Source: Oculina patagonica
Taxonomy: Eukaryota
Direction of reading: 5' to 3'
Assembly (NCBI RefSeq): GCF_052425735.1
Contig: NC_135761.1
Location: forward strand, 14,880,001 to 14,944,000
DNA length: 64,000 nt
Shown: positions 36,083-49,005 of the stretch, one piece after another
Layout of the letters: each line of letters opens with the position of its first letter
Position numbering within the stretch: the first letter of the stretch is position 1
Notes under the pieces: model-generated
What the model saw: only the letters and a program-made list of their open reading frames with translations
Told to the model about the DNA's origin: nothing
The model's database searches: none
Position numbers and translations under genes: made by a program

Positions 36083-38835
36083 ATGAACTTGCTGATTTAT
36101 TTGGTGTTACTTGTGGTTGTTACTGATGTTTCTTCAGGTAAAAATTTAAAAACAATTCTGCAATTCGAAGAAAAGCTATTATAAAGTCCTCCAAGAAGGG
36201 GCTGTCACGAAACGATTAGACTGTAAGTTTGATCGATGAGCGCGGGGATAGAATGGCGAGAGAAACACAGAGAGGCTGTCACAATAAATTGAAGTGCAGG
36301 GACCAGTTGAAAGGGTAGATAGCGTTATCCACCGAATAAATCGCTATCTAATGGTTCTTTTGAACAACCGGAGATAAAATCAAAGCTAAGCTCTGTTAAC
36401 TGCTTACAACACATTTTTATTAAAATTCTGTTTATTTTCCCTGGCGTTTTCCATTGGCCTAAAGCTCCAAATATTTTCGAATGTATTGGAAAGACTTAGC
36501 CAATCTTAAACCTCTTTTGTTTTAACAGAGTTACTAAGAAACGGAAGTAGCCAGGTACCTGCAGAGAATGTTCCAATTGTGCTACCAACAGGAAGTAAGA
36601 TCAGAACAGCGATTTCTATCACTGACATAATAACGTGGCATTATCAAAATACTACACTCTAAACAATCAATCATACCAGAAACCCACAAGGGTTGAAACG
36701 TGTAACTCCCTATGATTCGTAATGTACAAAGCGTTTGCACATTCGTTTCCATTAAGTACCATATTTGGAAAATCAGAAGAAAAAATTAACCAATCAAAAT
36801 TGAAATATTTGGATTACAGCACGCGCTAGCTCGCACTCGATGGGCGTAATCTTGGTCGAATAAAATTGAATTTGGTTTAATTCTCCTGTTTTATCTTCGT
36901 TAAGTAGTCTGGAGAAATTCACTTGAATACACTTAATGAACTTCTTTAGTTTCTGTAAGACATTTACGGCGTTTAGGTCGGAATTCAAGTAACTCAATGC
37001 AAAACCGAAAATGTTTTTGCTTGTGTCAAAACGTGTGTAAAGCATTTGCGTACAAACTCTTCATGTTTCCAAATATGGTACTTAGCAAAACTGAATTTTC
37101 AAACGCTGTGAACGCGCGTTACACGTTTCAACCCCTTATGAGTTTCTGATCATACAAATTAGTGGCGGATCTAGGGGAGGGGTCCGGGGGAGCCCAACTT
37201 ATTTTTAGTTCAAACTTAGGCCAGAAGGGCCGATAAAAAGTATTCCCCCCACCGCCCTTATTTCAGGGTTAATTATTGGACCCCTCTTTTTTTAGTTTTT
37301 TCCCCTTTTTTTTTTTTTTTCTTTTTTTTTTCCTTTTCAGACTGCTGATTGATGTTAATTAAATATTTCCTATCTGTGTAACTAATGACTAACTTCCCGA
37401 CCGAATGAACAATGAATTGAACGATCAATCAGTCAATCGACCGACCGACCGACCGACCGACCGACCGACCGACCGACCGACCGACTGACTGACTGCTTGG
37501 CTGATTATTTTTTTCTCCTACATGCAGTATTTTCTCAGCAAGAGGTAAATGGCCTGAGGGAGCATAATCGATTTCGTGCGACACATGATGCGCCGAACAT
37601 GACGCTCGATCGTGAGATGTGTGATGCCGCTGCCCAGTGGGCTAAATATATCGCAGAACTTGGTTACCTGGAACATTCCCCTAACGAAAAGAGACCAAAT
37701 CAAGGCGAGAATCTGTCCATGGGCTGCTCCTCAGACAAGCCTCAAACAGTGAGAGAAGCAGTAACGAGCTGGTAATGCAAGTCGTTCTAAACTGTGACAC
37801 ACTGCCCATTAAGCAGTCGGGGAAACAAGTGCCACTTCTCCGAAAAGTGACCGAGCCCGCGGTTTTTGCCCCAAAAGTTGCTAAACAACATGATGTATTT
37901 GCATGAGCGATTGCTTTCGGAGTACTCGTGAGCGCTCGCGCAAGTTTTTGATTGGATGGAATAATTCGGAAATCCTTCGAGTACATCAACGAAGATTTGC
38001 CAAAACTGGCACTAAGTCGCCCGACTGTAAGTGTAAATTCCGTGGAAACGTTTAATCGAAGAATGTGTGAACGAGATGGAGGGCTCATGATTCGAAAAAG
38101 ACCCCTTGAAATGAGATAATCTACATCTGCGATTTGAATATTAAAAACAGGTTCAAACTATTGAAAAAGGAAGAGTAATTTTTATCATCAGCTGTTAAAG
38201 CATGTTCCCAATGGGCTGATACGTCAAGCTGTTAATGGGTGAAAATGTGACTGCCAACCGACAAATAAGGGCCGGTATTTTTTACCACAAACTTTCAAAG
38301 GAGGATCTCGCTGAGTTTGCACATCCAGCGTCAACTGCTAAATAGATCAAAAAAGGAACAAGCTATCACCCCGACAACGTGTTTGTTTTCGATCACTAAG
38401 TAAAGCCATTCCAGTTCCTCCTCCACCTACCAAATAGACATCTCTATGGCTAAAACATGTTTACGCCGGTTTCATTGCGTAAGACAAATTCACCGGTCCA
38501 TTGTAAAGGCCATTTCTGTTGTTTTCAGGTATAACGAGGTTTGTGACCCTGGCTATGACGGACTGGGGGAGGTGGAGACTGGGCCCGATGAGGCTGGACA
38601 CTTCTCACAAGTTGTGTGGAAAGAGAGCACCGTACTTGGCATCGGCAGAGCAGAAATAGAACAAGAAGGAATGAGGTGTGCATACATTGTTGGCCGATAC
38701 AAACCACCCGGCAATTATAAAGGTTCATACAAAGAGAATGTCCTGAAAGGATCCTTTAACCGAGATGTTTACTGCCCCACTGCTGTGAAGAAGATGAGTA
38801 TGAATCATCCTGACATCAACGAGAAAGCAAGATAA
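36083..38835 (+). CDS. Secreted CAP gene copy 6 (divergent, acidic); exons 36083-36137, 36529-36594, 37528-37771, 38529-38835
   Basis: Signal exon MNLLIYLVLLVVVTDVSS; 66-nt phase 1-1 exon ELLRNGSSQVPAENVPIVLPTG; 244-nt exon A (HNRFRATH..LEHS..GENL); exon B GHFSQVVW..GRYKPPGN. All GT-AG and in frame. Confidence 0.88.
36677..37148. mobile_element. MITE with ~28-bp TIRs and 7-bp TSD
   Basis: ATCATAC|CAGAAACCCACAAGGGTTGAAACGTGTAAC ... GTTACACGTTTCAACCC..GAGTTTCTG|ATCATAC. Confidence 0.8.
37436..37495. repeat. (CCGA)n/(CTGA)n tetranucleotide microsatellite just upstream of copy 6 exon A
   Basis: Seen directly. Confidence 0.95.
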
Positions 38836-39589
38836 TGGCCTGCCATTAAGGCCATGGCCTGCTCCAAACGATAAAATAAATAGAAATATGAAAAAACCGA
38901 TCGTTCCTTAAGACTTGATTTTTTAATATAACTTAGTTTAAAAAAATGAGTTAGCCAGAGGGTAGCCAAGGTATATTTCTTCCAATTCATTCGTGAGCCT
39001 GTAGTTGAGCCTCAGTTAAGACGTGACATCACGCCAGAATGACGTCATCCTGTTAAAAACGTCCGCCATCTTAGATTTTAAAATTGTTGTCAAATCTCAG
39101 AACATTTCCAAAATTGATTTGCAGGGCGCACCAACGAAGAATTTTATGAACACTTGCCTGTCAAAATATTGGAATTCAAATCTATCAGCCCAATCTTACA
39201 GTCAGCCTCACTTTTTTTACTCGTTTACAGAAATTTCAGCTTAAACAGTTAGCAGGTTTCGGTGAAAAAAAACCTTTGAAAGCATGGGCCATAAAGCCGC
39301 AATTCTATGTGGCGCCGTCCTTTTAAAAAGTGCTCCGCAAAGTTGATTTTATTAAGTGTACTTGCTTTGAGCACTTGCCAGAAGTTGCAAATACAGAACT
39401 TTACTAAAATTCACATTTGGCAGAAACGCGAAGAATAATCTGAATAAAAAAGGGTTTAATAAAATACAAGCATAAATTTTCACTAAATCTGGTGTTTAAA
39501 CATATTGATGCCGACAGGGTGAATAATAAAACGTTTATATGATTCATCATCGTCCAATACGGCAAAGGTTTTTACTTGATCTGCCATAT

Positions 39590-39890
39590 AAGTTCTTGGT
39601 AGACCCGTGGTCTCTTTCCTAATTTCGCTCCCTCGTTCCTGGTAGACATACGATCTGTTACATAGTCGCTCCCTCGTTCTTGGTACAAACGTGGCCTCTT
39701 ACCTATTTACTTACACATTTTTGGTCTCATACCCAGTCGCCCCATCCGACTTGGTACACACACGGTCTCTTACCTATTCGCTCACTGGTTCTAGGTCCAC
39801 ACATAGCCGCCCCATTGTTCTTGGTAGAAAGGGTCTCTCACCTTTTTGCCCCCTTGTTCTTGGAAGAGCCACCTTGTTCCTGGGAGCTCT
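39590..39890. repeat. Degenerate ~40-bp tandem repeat
   Basis: CGCTCCCTCGTTC(C/T)TGGTA...TCT(C/G)TTAC variants recur about every 40 bp, roughly 7 times. Confidence 0.7.
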
Positions 39891-40399
39891 CTTAACTACT
39901 CTCTCCCCAAAACGAATGCCAACTGATGAGGAAAGATTAGGGGCATAAATATTTGCTTTTCTATGGATGGTTAACACGATTTATACCTACGCTTATAGGA
40001 TTTATCATCGCCGAATATGTCAAGTCCTCAGTACTTTTTTAATCATCGGTCGCCGATTGCATACTGGCAATTGCGGGCTTTAGTGGGGAGTAATAGTCCC
40101 TTCGTTGTTTGTTTTGCTTGAAATACCTTAAAAGATTGTAGCTGATGACGTTCTCAGTATAATGTTGTAATAACGAATGAAAGACAAAACAGAGATGGTT
40201 GCGTGAAGTTAGCAGGTTGTTCCAGGGGCGGATCTAGGTGGGGGGGAGGGTGGCTGGATTGGATGGCTAGGCACCCCCTTGATCCACAACAAATATAATA
40301 TAAAAAAATATTTGCTAACATTCACCCCCTCCACCTGCCCCCTCCCATAATAGTAAGCAAAATATTTGTTAACAGCTACCACCCTTTGAAAACTTCTGG

Positions 40400-40495
40400 A
40401 CCCAAGAATACAACACAATAACCCCGGCCAGGGCTCGAACCCGGACCACTCGATCCGGAGTCTAGCGCGCTTACCATTAGGCCACCACGCTTCCC
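40400..40495 (-). mobile_element. tRNA-derived SINE head
   Basis: Minus strand GGGAAGCGTGGTGGCCTAATGGTAAG (A box) ... GGGTTCGAGCCC (B box) ... TTGTGTTGTATTCTTGGG. Confidence 0.75.
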
Positions 40496-40657
40496 ATTCT
40501 CACTGCCGGAGTATACTCACAGCAAAACTAAGAATTTCATTTATCAAGAAACTTTACAACTCATAGTTTGGCTGTTCAATGTATTTTATTCTCGTTCAGT
40601 CAAGTTCCAAATATGACAACCAAATCATAATCTTTTCCACAAATTATAAACAAACCA

Positions 40658-43600
40658 TTAATTGCGCTTGCGAGCAACAGTGGCTTTCTTCTTGTTTTTC
40701 AAGATCCAGAGATTTTGACCCCGAATTTCAGCACGCCCAGTTTTCGCACTCGTAGCATTCGCTGACATTGGAGAGTCAATGGCCATTGCTTGCCCGTGCG
40801 CGTCCAAGAACTTCTTCTTCCATCCGGAATTCGAAATTGAACGGCAGTAACCTTCGTCAAAGTTACCCCTCGGCACGTTTTGTTGAAACGCCCCCATCAT
40901 GTTTCCTGCTGGTTTATATCTGCCGACAATATACGCACATTTCATGCCGTTCTTCATTGTTTCAACTCGTCCAATACCAAGCACCGTGCTTTCCTTCCAC
41001 ACGACTTGAGTAAAATGACCTGTTCCACCACTAAAACCACCACTATTGAAATTGTATCCAGGTTTACACACTTCGTTGTACCTGAAAAAAAAAAAGACAT
41101 ATACAGTCAATTCTTTATAAGACGGACACCTTCGGGACCAGCTCCAACTGTCCGTCTTAGAGAGTTGTCCGTCTTATATAGAGAGCTTAGTTACAGTAAA
41201 ATGATTCAAAAAAGCAGGGACGGGACCAACACCAGGTGTCTGTCTTTATAGAGAGGTGTCCGTCTTATAGAGGTGTCTGTTAAAAGAGAGTTGACTTCAT
41301 TGAATTTGCTGTCCTATCCCCAGGGAGACGGAGGATTGCATTATAAAGTTTTAAGGGGAGCTTTTGCCCGCAGATCCAACTGGACAGCGTTGTCCACCCT
41401 TGGAACAACGGGCTAACCATAACAACATATATCAAAAGCAAGTGTGAGTTTGTCATAAGTACCATAGAAGGCCCGAGTTCTAGAGAGCTAGTTTTTGAGT
41501 ATCGCTCTCTATCAAATAGCGCTGTATTTTAAGGCCGAAAGCCGGTCCTTCGCGTTTCATTTGATTCTCATTTGAAAGTCAATAACAACCTTGATCTTTG
41601 TTGTTCAACATTCTGCAAACTATACAGCATTTTTAGGTCCGAAATGTCTGCTGGACATTCAAGGAACGCACGCCTGGTCGGGTGAAACCAAGCTTTAAAG
41701 CGGCTAGGTCACGGTATTTTAGTTAATTCTATATATTTCGATAATTAAGAGCTCTAAACTTAACATTGGCATAAAAAGTGAGATCACTCGGGTGACTTGA
41801 AAAAAGTGGGGCCGACGTTTTTCAAGTTTACCCGAACGCAATCCATTTTTATCTTCTCGAATTTTGCCCATCCATGCTCCTTCTGGACATTTCTGTGTTT
41901 CTTTTGAGTTCTTCTACAGTTTTATGCTGTTATTGTGATATTTCAGTTAATTCTACGAACAGTTAGTCAGTGCCGAAATTGCTTAAAATTTCGTGACATA
42001 ATCGTCTTTAAAGGAATCGAATATTAAGGTGGGCCTTTACCTGAAGGCCGTTTTTCCAATGCTCAATATGAATTTAACGGAAATATCCTGCTCGCGTTTA
42101 AAGCAATCCGAAAATGCTTCACTCATTTCATATATCCATGCTTTGCGGGGAATTTTTGTGTGATTTTTGGGATTATTTGGGAGGAGATAATTTTTCTCAA
42201 AGCATTAGTAAAATGTAGAGAAATTGGAAATGTTGGAGATTTAATGTGGTTTTAAAATTAGAATTTGAAGTTTAAAATTGATAGACGGACACCAGTTAGT
42301 CTCCCTGTCAACCTGGAGTGCTCTGGCGAGGGGGTCAACTGTTCTTTCTTAAATCTCTTCTTTAAACCCCTCAAAATTTCATTCAAATTTATGTAAAACC
42401 CCACCTTAAGGATATTTGCTCAGTGAAGCACACTTGTCATTTTATTGTTATTCAAAGTAAAGTTTGATAATAAACCTCACCAGCCAGTTACAGCTTCTTC
42501 CATGGTTTGGGCCTGGTTAGAGGAACATCCATAGGAAAGATTTTCGCCTTGTCCCTCTCTTTCCTGTGATGAAGAGTGCTGGAGCTGCCCTCTCTGGGCG
42601 AGCCTTTCAGCCCATGCCTTAGCTTGATCACACATTTGTCTGTCAAGAGTCATCCCAGGAACTCCATGAACTTGTCTAAATTCATTATGCACCGATAAGC
42701 CAATTTCTTCTTCCTGGGTGAACGCTGAAAAGGAAAAAGATGGTAGAAACTTAAGGGGAAATTTTTACCTTTTGTACCATTGAAAGTACGTAAACCCTCA
42801 AACTTGTATGCAACTTCAAGTAAATTTACCAATTGTAAAGGACAGCAACTTTTCAGTGTAAACCAGATGTTAGGTCCATAGCTAAGTTTAGAATAGTTTT
42901 GTGTAAAAATAATAAAAAGAACCACGCTATACTCAATTTTATAGATTCGGTGCACTGTACAGTAGAAATTGAAGATGGAGATCTCTCAGAAGTTGCATCA
43001 CAATAGCGTAGAATTGGCGATTGTAGAATTTTTATTTGTTATTTTTTGATGTATTTGGTAGAGAGAAGAAGTAGATTCAATTGAATTGAATTGATTTACT
43101 TGCCCCATAGCTTCTTACAATTCTTTTTATTTACATTGCAGTAATATAATCAAAGTCTCTTCGAGATATCGACGTTTTTGCATGAAGTATGAGTCGAAGG
43201 TTTATCCTGTGCATTGTTCTTCGAACTTATCATTACAGTTTCTTTGTAGTTTAGTTTAACAATTTCCTATCTTCGCGGAGGAAATGCAGCCATATAATTT
43301 TGTCAAAAATGGCTCGTCCGCGCCGGGTATTTATACACATATTCCTTAACATTACACAAATAAACAGTGCAAATTTCACCGAGATCTGACAATTCTATAC
43401 TTTAAAATTGCAAGGACCTTTCGAGGCAGTCGATTACGGCAGCGAAATTAGCAAATGAAACAGCAAAATATGCGTTTGACGCTTTGTTTTTGCGACGCCA
43501 TATTTGAATTGTTATAGGTAGACCGCTGCTCAATGTGTTCAAGGCCGTATCGTTACGATTGCTCCACGAAAAAGCACGAAAAAAATACGGATATTTCCGA

Positions 43601-46108
43601 CTACTGTCGGAGAAAACATTGCGCATATAATTGCGGCGAAAACAAATCGTTACACTTAAGCTGCATTTTGTCTAGGCTCTGCAAGGGTCGGATATCAAGA
43701 CTCAGGATTAAACAAAAGCCATACATACAGTGAATGCTTTCGAATTATATTTGAAGATGAAATACGAAAGAATTTTGCTGCTTTGACTGAAATTCCACTC
43801 GAACTGCGTAGATACGATCGCATGTTGTAAAGCCGATTCATGCAACATTTCTGTCAACGCGAGGTCTCGTCCCTAACGACCTAGGCTGATGTAGCGACCA
43901 AATTTGGCCTATTTTTTAACCGCTCCTAAGCTAAAAGAAGCCCCCATCTCTTGCATTTGTTTTAACTTCAAAAATATCTTTGAAAAGAGCGAGTTTTTTG
44001 GTATGGTTTATTTTTGACGTTTGTAATTTTTAAACGATGTAAGTGCTAGTGATTATTTATTCGTGTTTTAGTTACGCAATCCATTGTTTGTGCGACGCTT
44101 CTTATAGATTGCCTTTCAGACACACGTGCGTTGAGATAAGAAAGCTGACATGTCACTTTTAAAATTGTTATATAACGTTTGTAAATGTGACAAGTCACGT
44201 TTTTTCCATGAGATCGCAAGTGATCACCCACAGCGGAAAGTAATCCCTTGAGAAATTAAAACAGTCCCTTGAGAAATTAAAAAAGTCCCTTGAGAGTTTA
44301 CAAATATGTGGTTCCAAATTTTGTCCACATAACCCCTATTCTACGTTTTTAGCTTGTAAACAAGCAAAAACGTCGAAAAAAGCAGGAGATCCCAGAAAGT
44401 TTTATTAATCTTTTCTTAGGGGATCCCCTTTTCTTAGGGGAACATTATAGTATCATACGTGTCTGGGTTAAAAATTTCAGATTCTGTCCTAGAGCATGTT
44501 ATGTGGTTCAGAAACTCTGCATAATATCTACAATGTTTGTAGCCAAGTGCGGAATTCATCGAACGCTCACCTCCTCCTCCTCCTCCATAGCCTCCATAGC
44601 CTCCATAGCCAGTTTTCCCAGCTGCTGGTTGTCCCCCTATCTCAACTTGAATGTTTAATGAGGTTTTGCCGTTTTTACTTATAGTTCCAGTACCCGCGAT
44701 ACTTATTTGGGAATCCTGGCCCAAAACTAAAAATAAACAGTTACATAATAAGTATAGAAATTAATTTTGACTAATTAAAGTTAAAAACAAATGAGAATGA
44801 TCCCCTCTGAAGAGCCTAAATAAAAATACAAAAAGTAAATTCATTAATTAAGACCTTTAACAGCACGCTACAATGTAGAGGGTTCATTATTGCGGCTGAG
44901 CTAAGTACAAATTCTACGGAAGAAACGTATCGCATTATTAGCAATTGAGCACTGACCGAGACAGCAGTTCTTGGTCCGATAAACTTGACCCATGCTGAGA
45001 TGTTTTCTCATGTTAACATCTTGCGCATGGGGTGGCAAATATTGGTTGTCGATGATTTTGTTCCTTAGTTCGTCGTATTCTGAACCAAATCGATATTTTT
45101 GTGGCGATTCCGTCTGTTTCAATCATATATTTTCAGATTGTTTGCTTTTACATTTCCATTAACTACGGCGCAATGCAAAACTAAGTAAAGTGAAGAAAAC
45201 TAAACTCTCGACAACTCGGTAATTTAGATAATCCTTGATAGCGGACCTCTTCAGCGGCCCAAGGGGCCGCAGAGCGGTGCCTCATAACCATAGAATGTCC
45301 ACAGAAATGGGAAAACCAAACTTGAGTTTTCATAGGCCATTTTACGGATACGGCATTTTGCCCCCTTCGCATCCTATAATGCTTATTAAAATGATTTATT
45401 CTTTTATTGTGATAATTCCGCAATTACCATAATAAAAGAAAAAATATATATTATAGGATGCGAAAGGGGCAAAGTCAATATCCGTAAAACGGCCTATGGT
45501 CATCATGGCTCGCGGCATGGCTCGCGGGCGCGTACATACGTCACGTATGTACGAACCTACGTACATCGCGCACTCCAAAAATAGATTACTCTTTGATACT
45601 GGGCATCCATGTTATGGTCAATCGACAGCTGTCCGTACAAGGTGTCCGCTGACGAGTATCACGTGACCATATCGTGGGCTCAGGTGTAAAACTCATCGAG
45701 GTCACGTGTTTTATAAAGTTGACCACTGACCGAATAATGGATTTTCTATTGGATCGCGGGCGCAAGGCCTAATTTTTTTTCCTGTTTATGGTCAGTGAAG
45801 CACGCTGCTTACAAGTGCTCTCGCCATCTTTTACCGTTTACGTGCGCGTTCGGCTCGTGGATTATTGCAAATCTCGCTGTTTTAGCAAACCGAGGAGAAT
45901 TTTCAAGGTTGAGTGGTTCAGCTCTATCAAAAATTAGTGATAAGACCTGCGGCTCGTGTTTCGCCCTACACTTCTTTCGTGCTCTCGTCACTTCCTTGCG
46001 TGCTTTATAACAGAACAAAGCACGGCCAAGGCTTTTTTATTTGTTAAGTATTCTTCCTTTACCTGTTTTAGTTGCTCCAACGGCGAGAAACAGATAATAA
46101 AGCCACAT
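40658..46108 (-). CDS. Secreted CAP gene copy 7 with GGY linker; exons 46063-46108, 44571-44726, 42481-42724, 40658-41081
   Basis: Signal exon MWLYYLFLAVGATKT; 156-nt linker LGQDSQISIAGTGTISKNGKTSLNIQVEIGGQPAAGKTGYGGYGGYGGGG; 244-nt exon A; exon B with basic tail ..KNKKKATVARKRN*. Probable UTR exons at ~46961-47000 and from ~47069. Confidence 0.9.
41104..41297. mobile_element. pogo-type MITE abutting the exon B acceptor (homologous copy at ~49440-49626)
   Basis: TA|CAGTCAATTCTTTATAAGACGGACACC ... GGTGTCTGTTAAAAGAGAGTTGAC. Confidence 0.75.
42028..42405. mobile_element. Kolobok-like MITE with TTAA TSD, present in copy 7 and absent from copy 8
   Basis: TTAA|GGTGGGCCTTTAC ... GTAAAACCCCACC|TTAA; empty site GATTAAGGATAC at ~51200. 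Confidence 0.8.
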
Positions 46109-47347
46109 AGTTTTTACACGGTTCTAAAAAAAATAAACATAAATACCATTAGTAGTTATTTAAAATTGAGGATTTCCTACAGAACAATGACGACAAAAAA
46201 GATTTATGGTTATTTTATTTTTAAAACACGTTTAATATTGCATCGTGGCTTCAAGTACAGTACACGTGCTCATTTGCTCATGCGCAACACAACCATAGGT
46301 CCGCAATGAGTTTACACAATAATAGATTACAGTCTAGAACCATAATACTAATGAACACTGAGGGTATGTTTATCTCTCGTAAATTGTCTCAATTTAGTAG
46401 CCATTATATAGCTCTCTACCTCCAATGTTTATCAACAAAACACGTTTATCACAAAACTTTACACACAAGTCTTTTTCACCCATAAGTAGTTGGAGGTTAA
46501 AGCTAGGTACCGTATACTTTGATTGACGATAAATCTCCACTGAAACAAAACTGAGGGGTCCAACGTTCGAAGATTACAGTTTTTTTCTACATTTCAAGCG
46601 GATAGAAAGAATGAAATTAGGCTAAAATATTCTCGAAAAGCCACTTCCCCATCCTACCTTTATTCTTCGGCCCAGCTAGCTATGGTCTTGATTTTAAGCG
46701 AAAAATATCTGACTTAAAATAAAACTCTCAGAGAAAGACTCTTCAGAGAATACCTGAGTAAAACGATACTTTGAATGTGTGAAATAATAGCTACGGTGTT
46801 TGTTCCACATACAGAGAATTTTCACCATAAAACAATGAACGTAGAATGAAATAAAAAATGGAATGGAAATATTTGAGTTTAACTACTCTTCACAATGAAA
46901 GTATTTAGAATTAAAAGAATGGAACGCAAAATTGACATTATTTTTTCAAATTAAACTAACCTTGTATCGTCTGCTCAAGCTTTCTCGTGGTCTGTGTTGC
47001 CTGATAAAAAAAGAATGAAAAAGAACCGTTTTCTTTCAAAGGACGTAATCCTAATTTAGAATTCTTACCTTGCAATCTTTAGCATGTGGATATCTTTGTG
47101 CAAGGAGTGGATAGGCTCTTTCACTTCAAGGGAAACATGAATACAAGTCGCTTATCCAACCATTTATTGATGATTTTACTGGTGCAGTGAAACCCCGCCC
47201 ATTCTATACGACCACCTCGGTTTTATGGCCACTTGTTATTACCTCGTTATTACGGCCTCTTTTGATTTCCTTTTTTGAAACCCCCCTCTTTCGAAAGTCC
47301 CATATGAGGACTGCGAAACGAAAGAGTCCTTGAGGTCGTACATTTCT

Positions 47348-47622
47348 TTTTATTAAAAACTAACAATGGTATATTGCCATTCCTGCGTTTTGATTGGTTG
47401 ACAGCCAACGGTATATGAGCTCATATACCATTGACCACAAAAATGGTAGCCGAAACGCGTCAACAAAAAGAGCTGGGGAGCTAAAATATTGCAATTCTTC
47501 GGGGTTTTTTAATAAAACAATTATTTCACTTGCGCTATTTGGAAATGAGATCGTTATAGCGATCGTTATAGTTGGCTATCTACCATCTCATATCCAACGC
47601 GCGCTCGTGGAATGATTGTTAA
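47348..47622. mobile_element. Crypton-like non-autonomous insertion upstream of copy 7
   Basis: Empty site GTACATGTCTTT|GTATTTCGCGGAA in the duplicate at ~54430. The insert carries AAACAATTATTTCACTTGCGC..GCGCTCGTGGAATGATTGTT, an imperfect terminal palindrome. Confidence 0.65.
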
Positions 47623-48513
47623 GTATTTCGCGGAATCTTTACTGAGGTACACTGTGCTGGTACGACCCCTCCCCACGACCATTTCAATAATACAGCCACC
47701 TCATTATTACCGCAATTTCAGTCAGTCGCTCTCTTGAACACACATTTACTCTTTTTTTCTGTAACTGAAGAATTAAATTTATAAGAAAATCGAGGCTAAA
47801 GCTTGCGAAATTTTAAGAATATTTTAAGAATAAACCTGAGGCTGAGATTTTGAAAAGTGTTTAATTTTGTGTGTTGAAAATTGTAAATACAATTCAATTA
47901 TAAGTTTTAAACGAAATCGTATTAAGTCCTTACTTTATCTAAATGGTAAAACTATCGAATAAAACGATAAAAACCTACACTAGCCAAATGCTCGATGCTA
48001 ATAACAGTTCGATGAACGGTACATGTAATACATATATGTGTGGTATACAGCACAAACGGAAACGTCATTCGCTATAATCTAAGAATATCCACAAGTATAT
48101 TTTTCAGGGCTAACTTCGGCGGAAAAAATAAAAATATTCAGCCGGCCTGGGCTGTAAAAACAGTATTCTTATAGAAAAAGTGTATACGGCCGCCTTGGTT
48201 ATACGATACGATTTTGGTGGTCTACTGGTGGTCTGATTGAAAGAGTTTCACTGTACCTGACGTTGCACACCAGCCAAGAAACCACTTAACCATGTTGCAC
48301 GAGAAACCGCCTTGGCAATCGAGATCACTGTGTCCATTTTCTTTTATTTGTTTCTTTGCCATGTTGCTATACCAGATTCCATTTTGCCGTTGTCTGTTCA
48401 GCACAAAACAGTTTGGATGAAACTAACCTTTATTTTCTTTACTTGTAAAGATTTGTCCACAACAAGCCAATAAATGAGACTTTCATAGGAAATGGTTTGA
48501 ACCCAGAAGTAGT

Positions 48514-48670
48514 GTCCGGGTGAGAGAAGTTCTGAAAAGAACTGTTAGTGGTGACTGACATTTTGAAAAGCTGAGCGAAAGTCATCTTCAGAGTGAAGAT
48601 GGCTTCTGCTCAGTTTGTCAAAACGTCAGTCACCACCAACAGTTCTTTTCAGAACTACTCTCACCCGGAC
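48514..48670. mobile_element. Penelope-derived inverted terminal repeat (palindrome) with decayed hammerhead motifs
   Basis: GTCCGGGTGAGAG..TTCTGAAAAGAACTGTT..GTGACTGAC mirrored by GTCAGTCAC..AACAGTTCTTTTCAGAA..CTCTCACCCGGAC. Each arm has (C/G)TGAAGAT...AAAA(C/T)GTC. Confidence 0.7.
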
Positions 48671-49005
48671 GATCACACTAAACGACCATATAAGAGTTAA
48701 CCGTCAGTCGCACTTTCTCGGGGTAAAAGAGTCAGCAAACAAATACTGTATAGCCTTTTCGTCTCCCCAAGTGGTTTGACTCGAATCTGACAGGACTCTA
48801 GTTAAGTTTAAAAATTAATAGCATTATTATTACCATTAGGCCATCATGCTTTCCATTCTCACTGAGTATACTCACAGCAAAACAAATAATTTCATTTATC
48901 AAAAAACTCTACAACTCATAGTTTACCCGTTCAGTGTATTTTATTCTCGTTCAGGCAAGTTACAAATATGACAGCCAAATCATACTCTTTTCCACAAACA
49001 AACCG

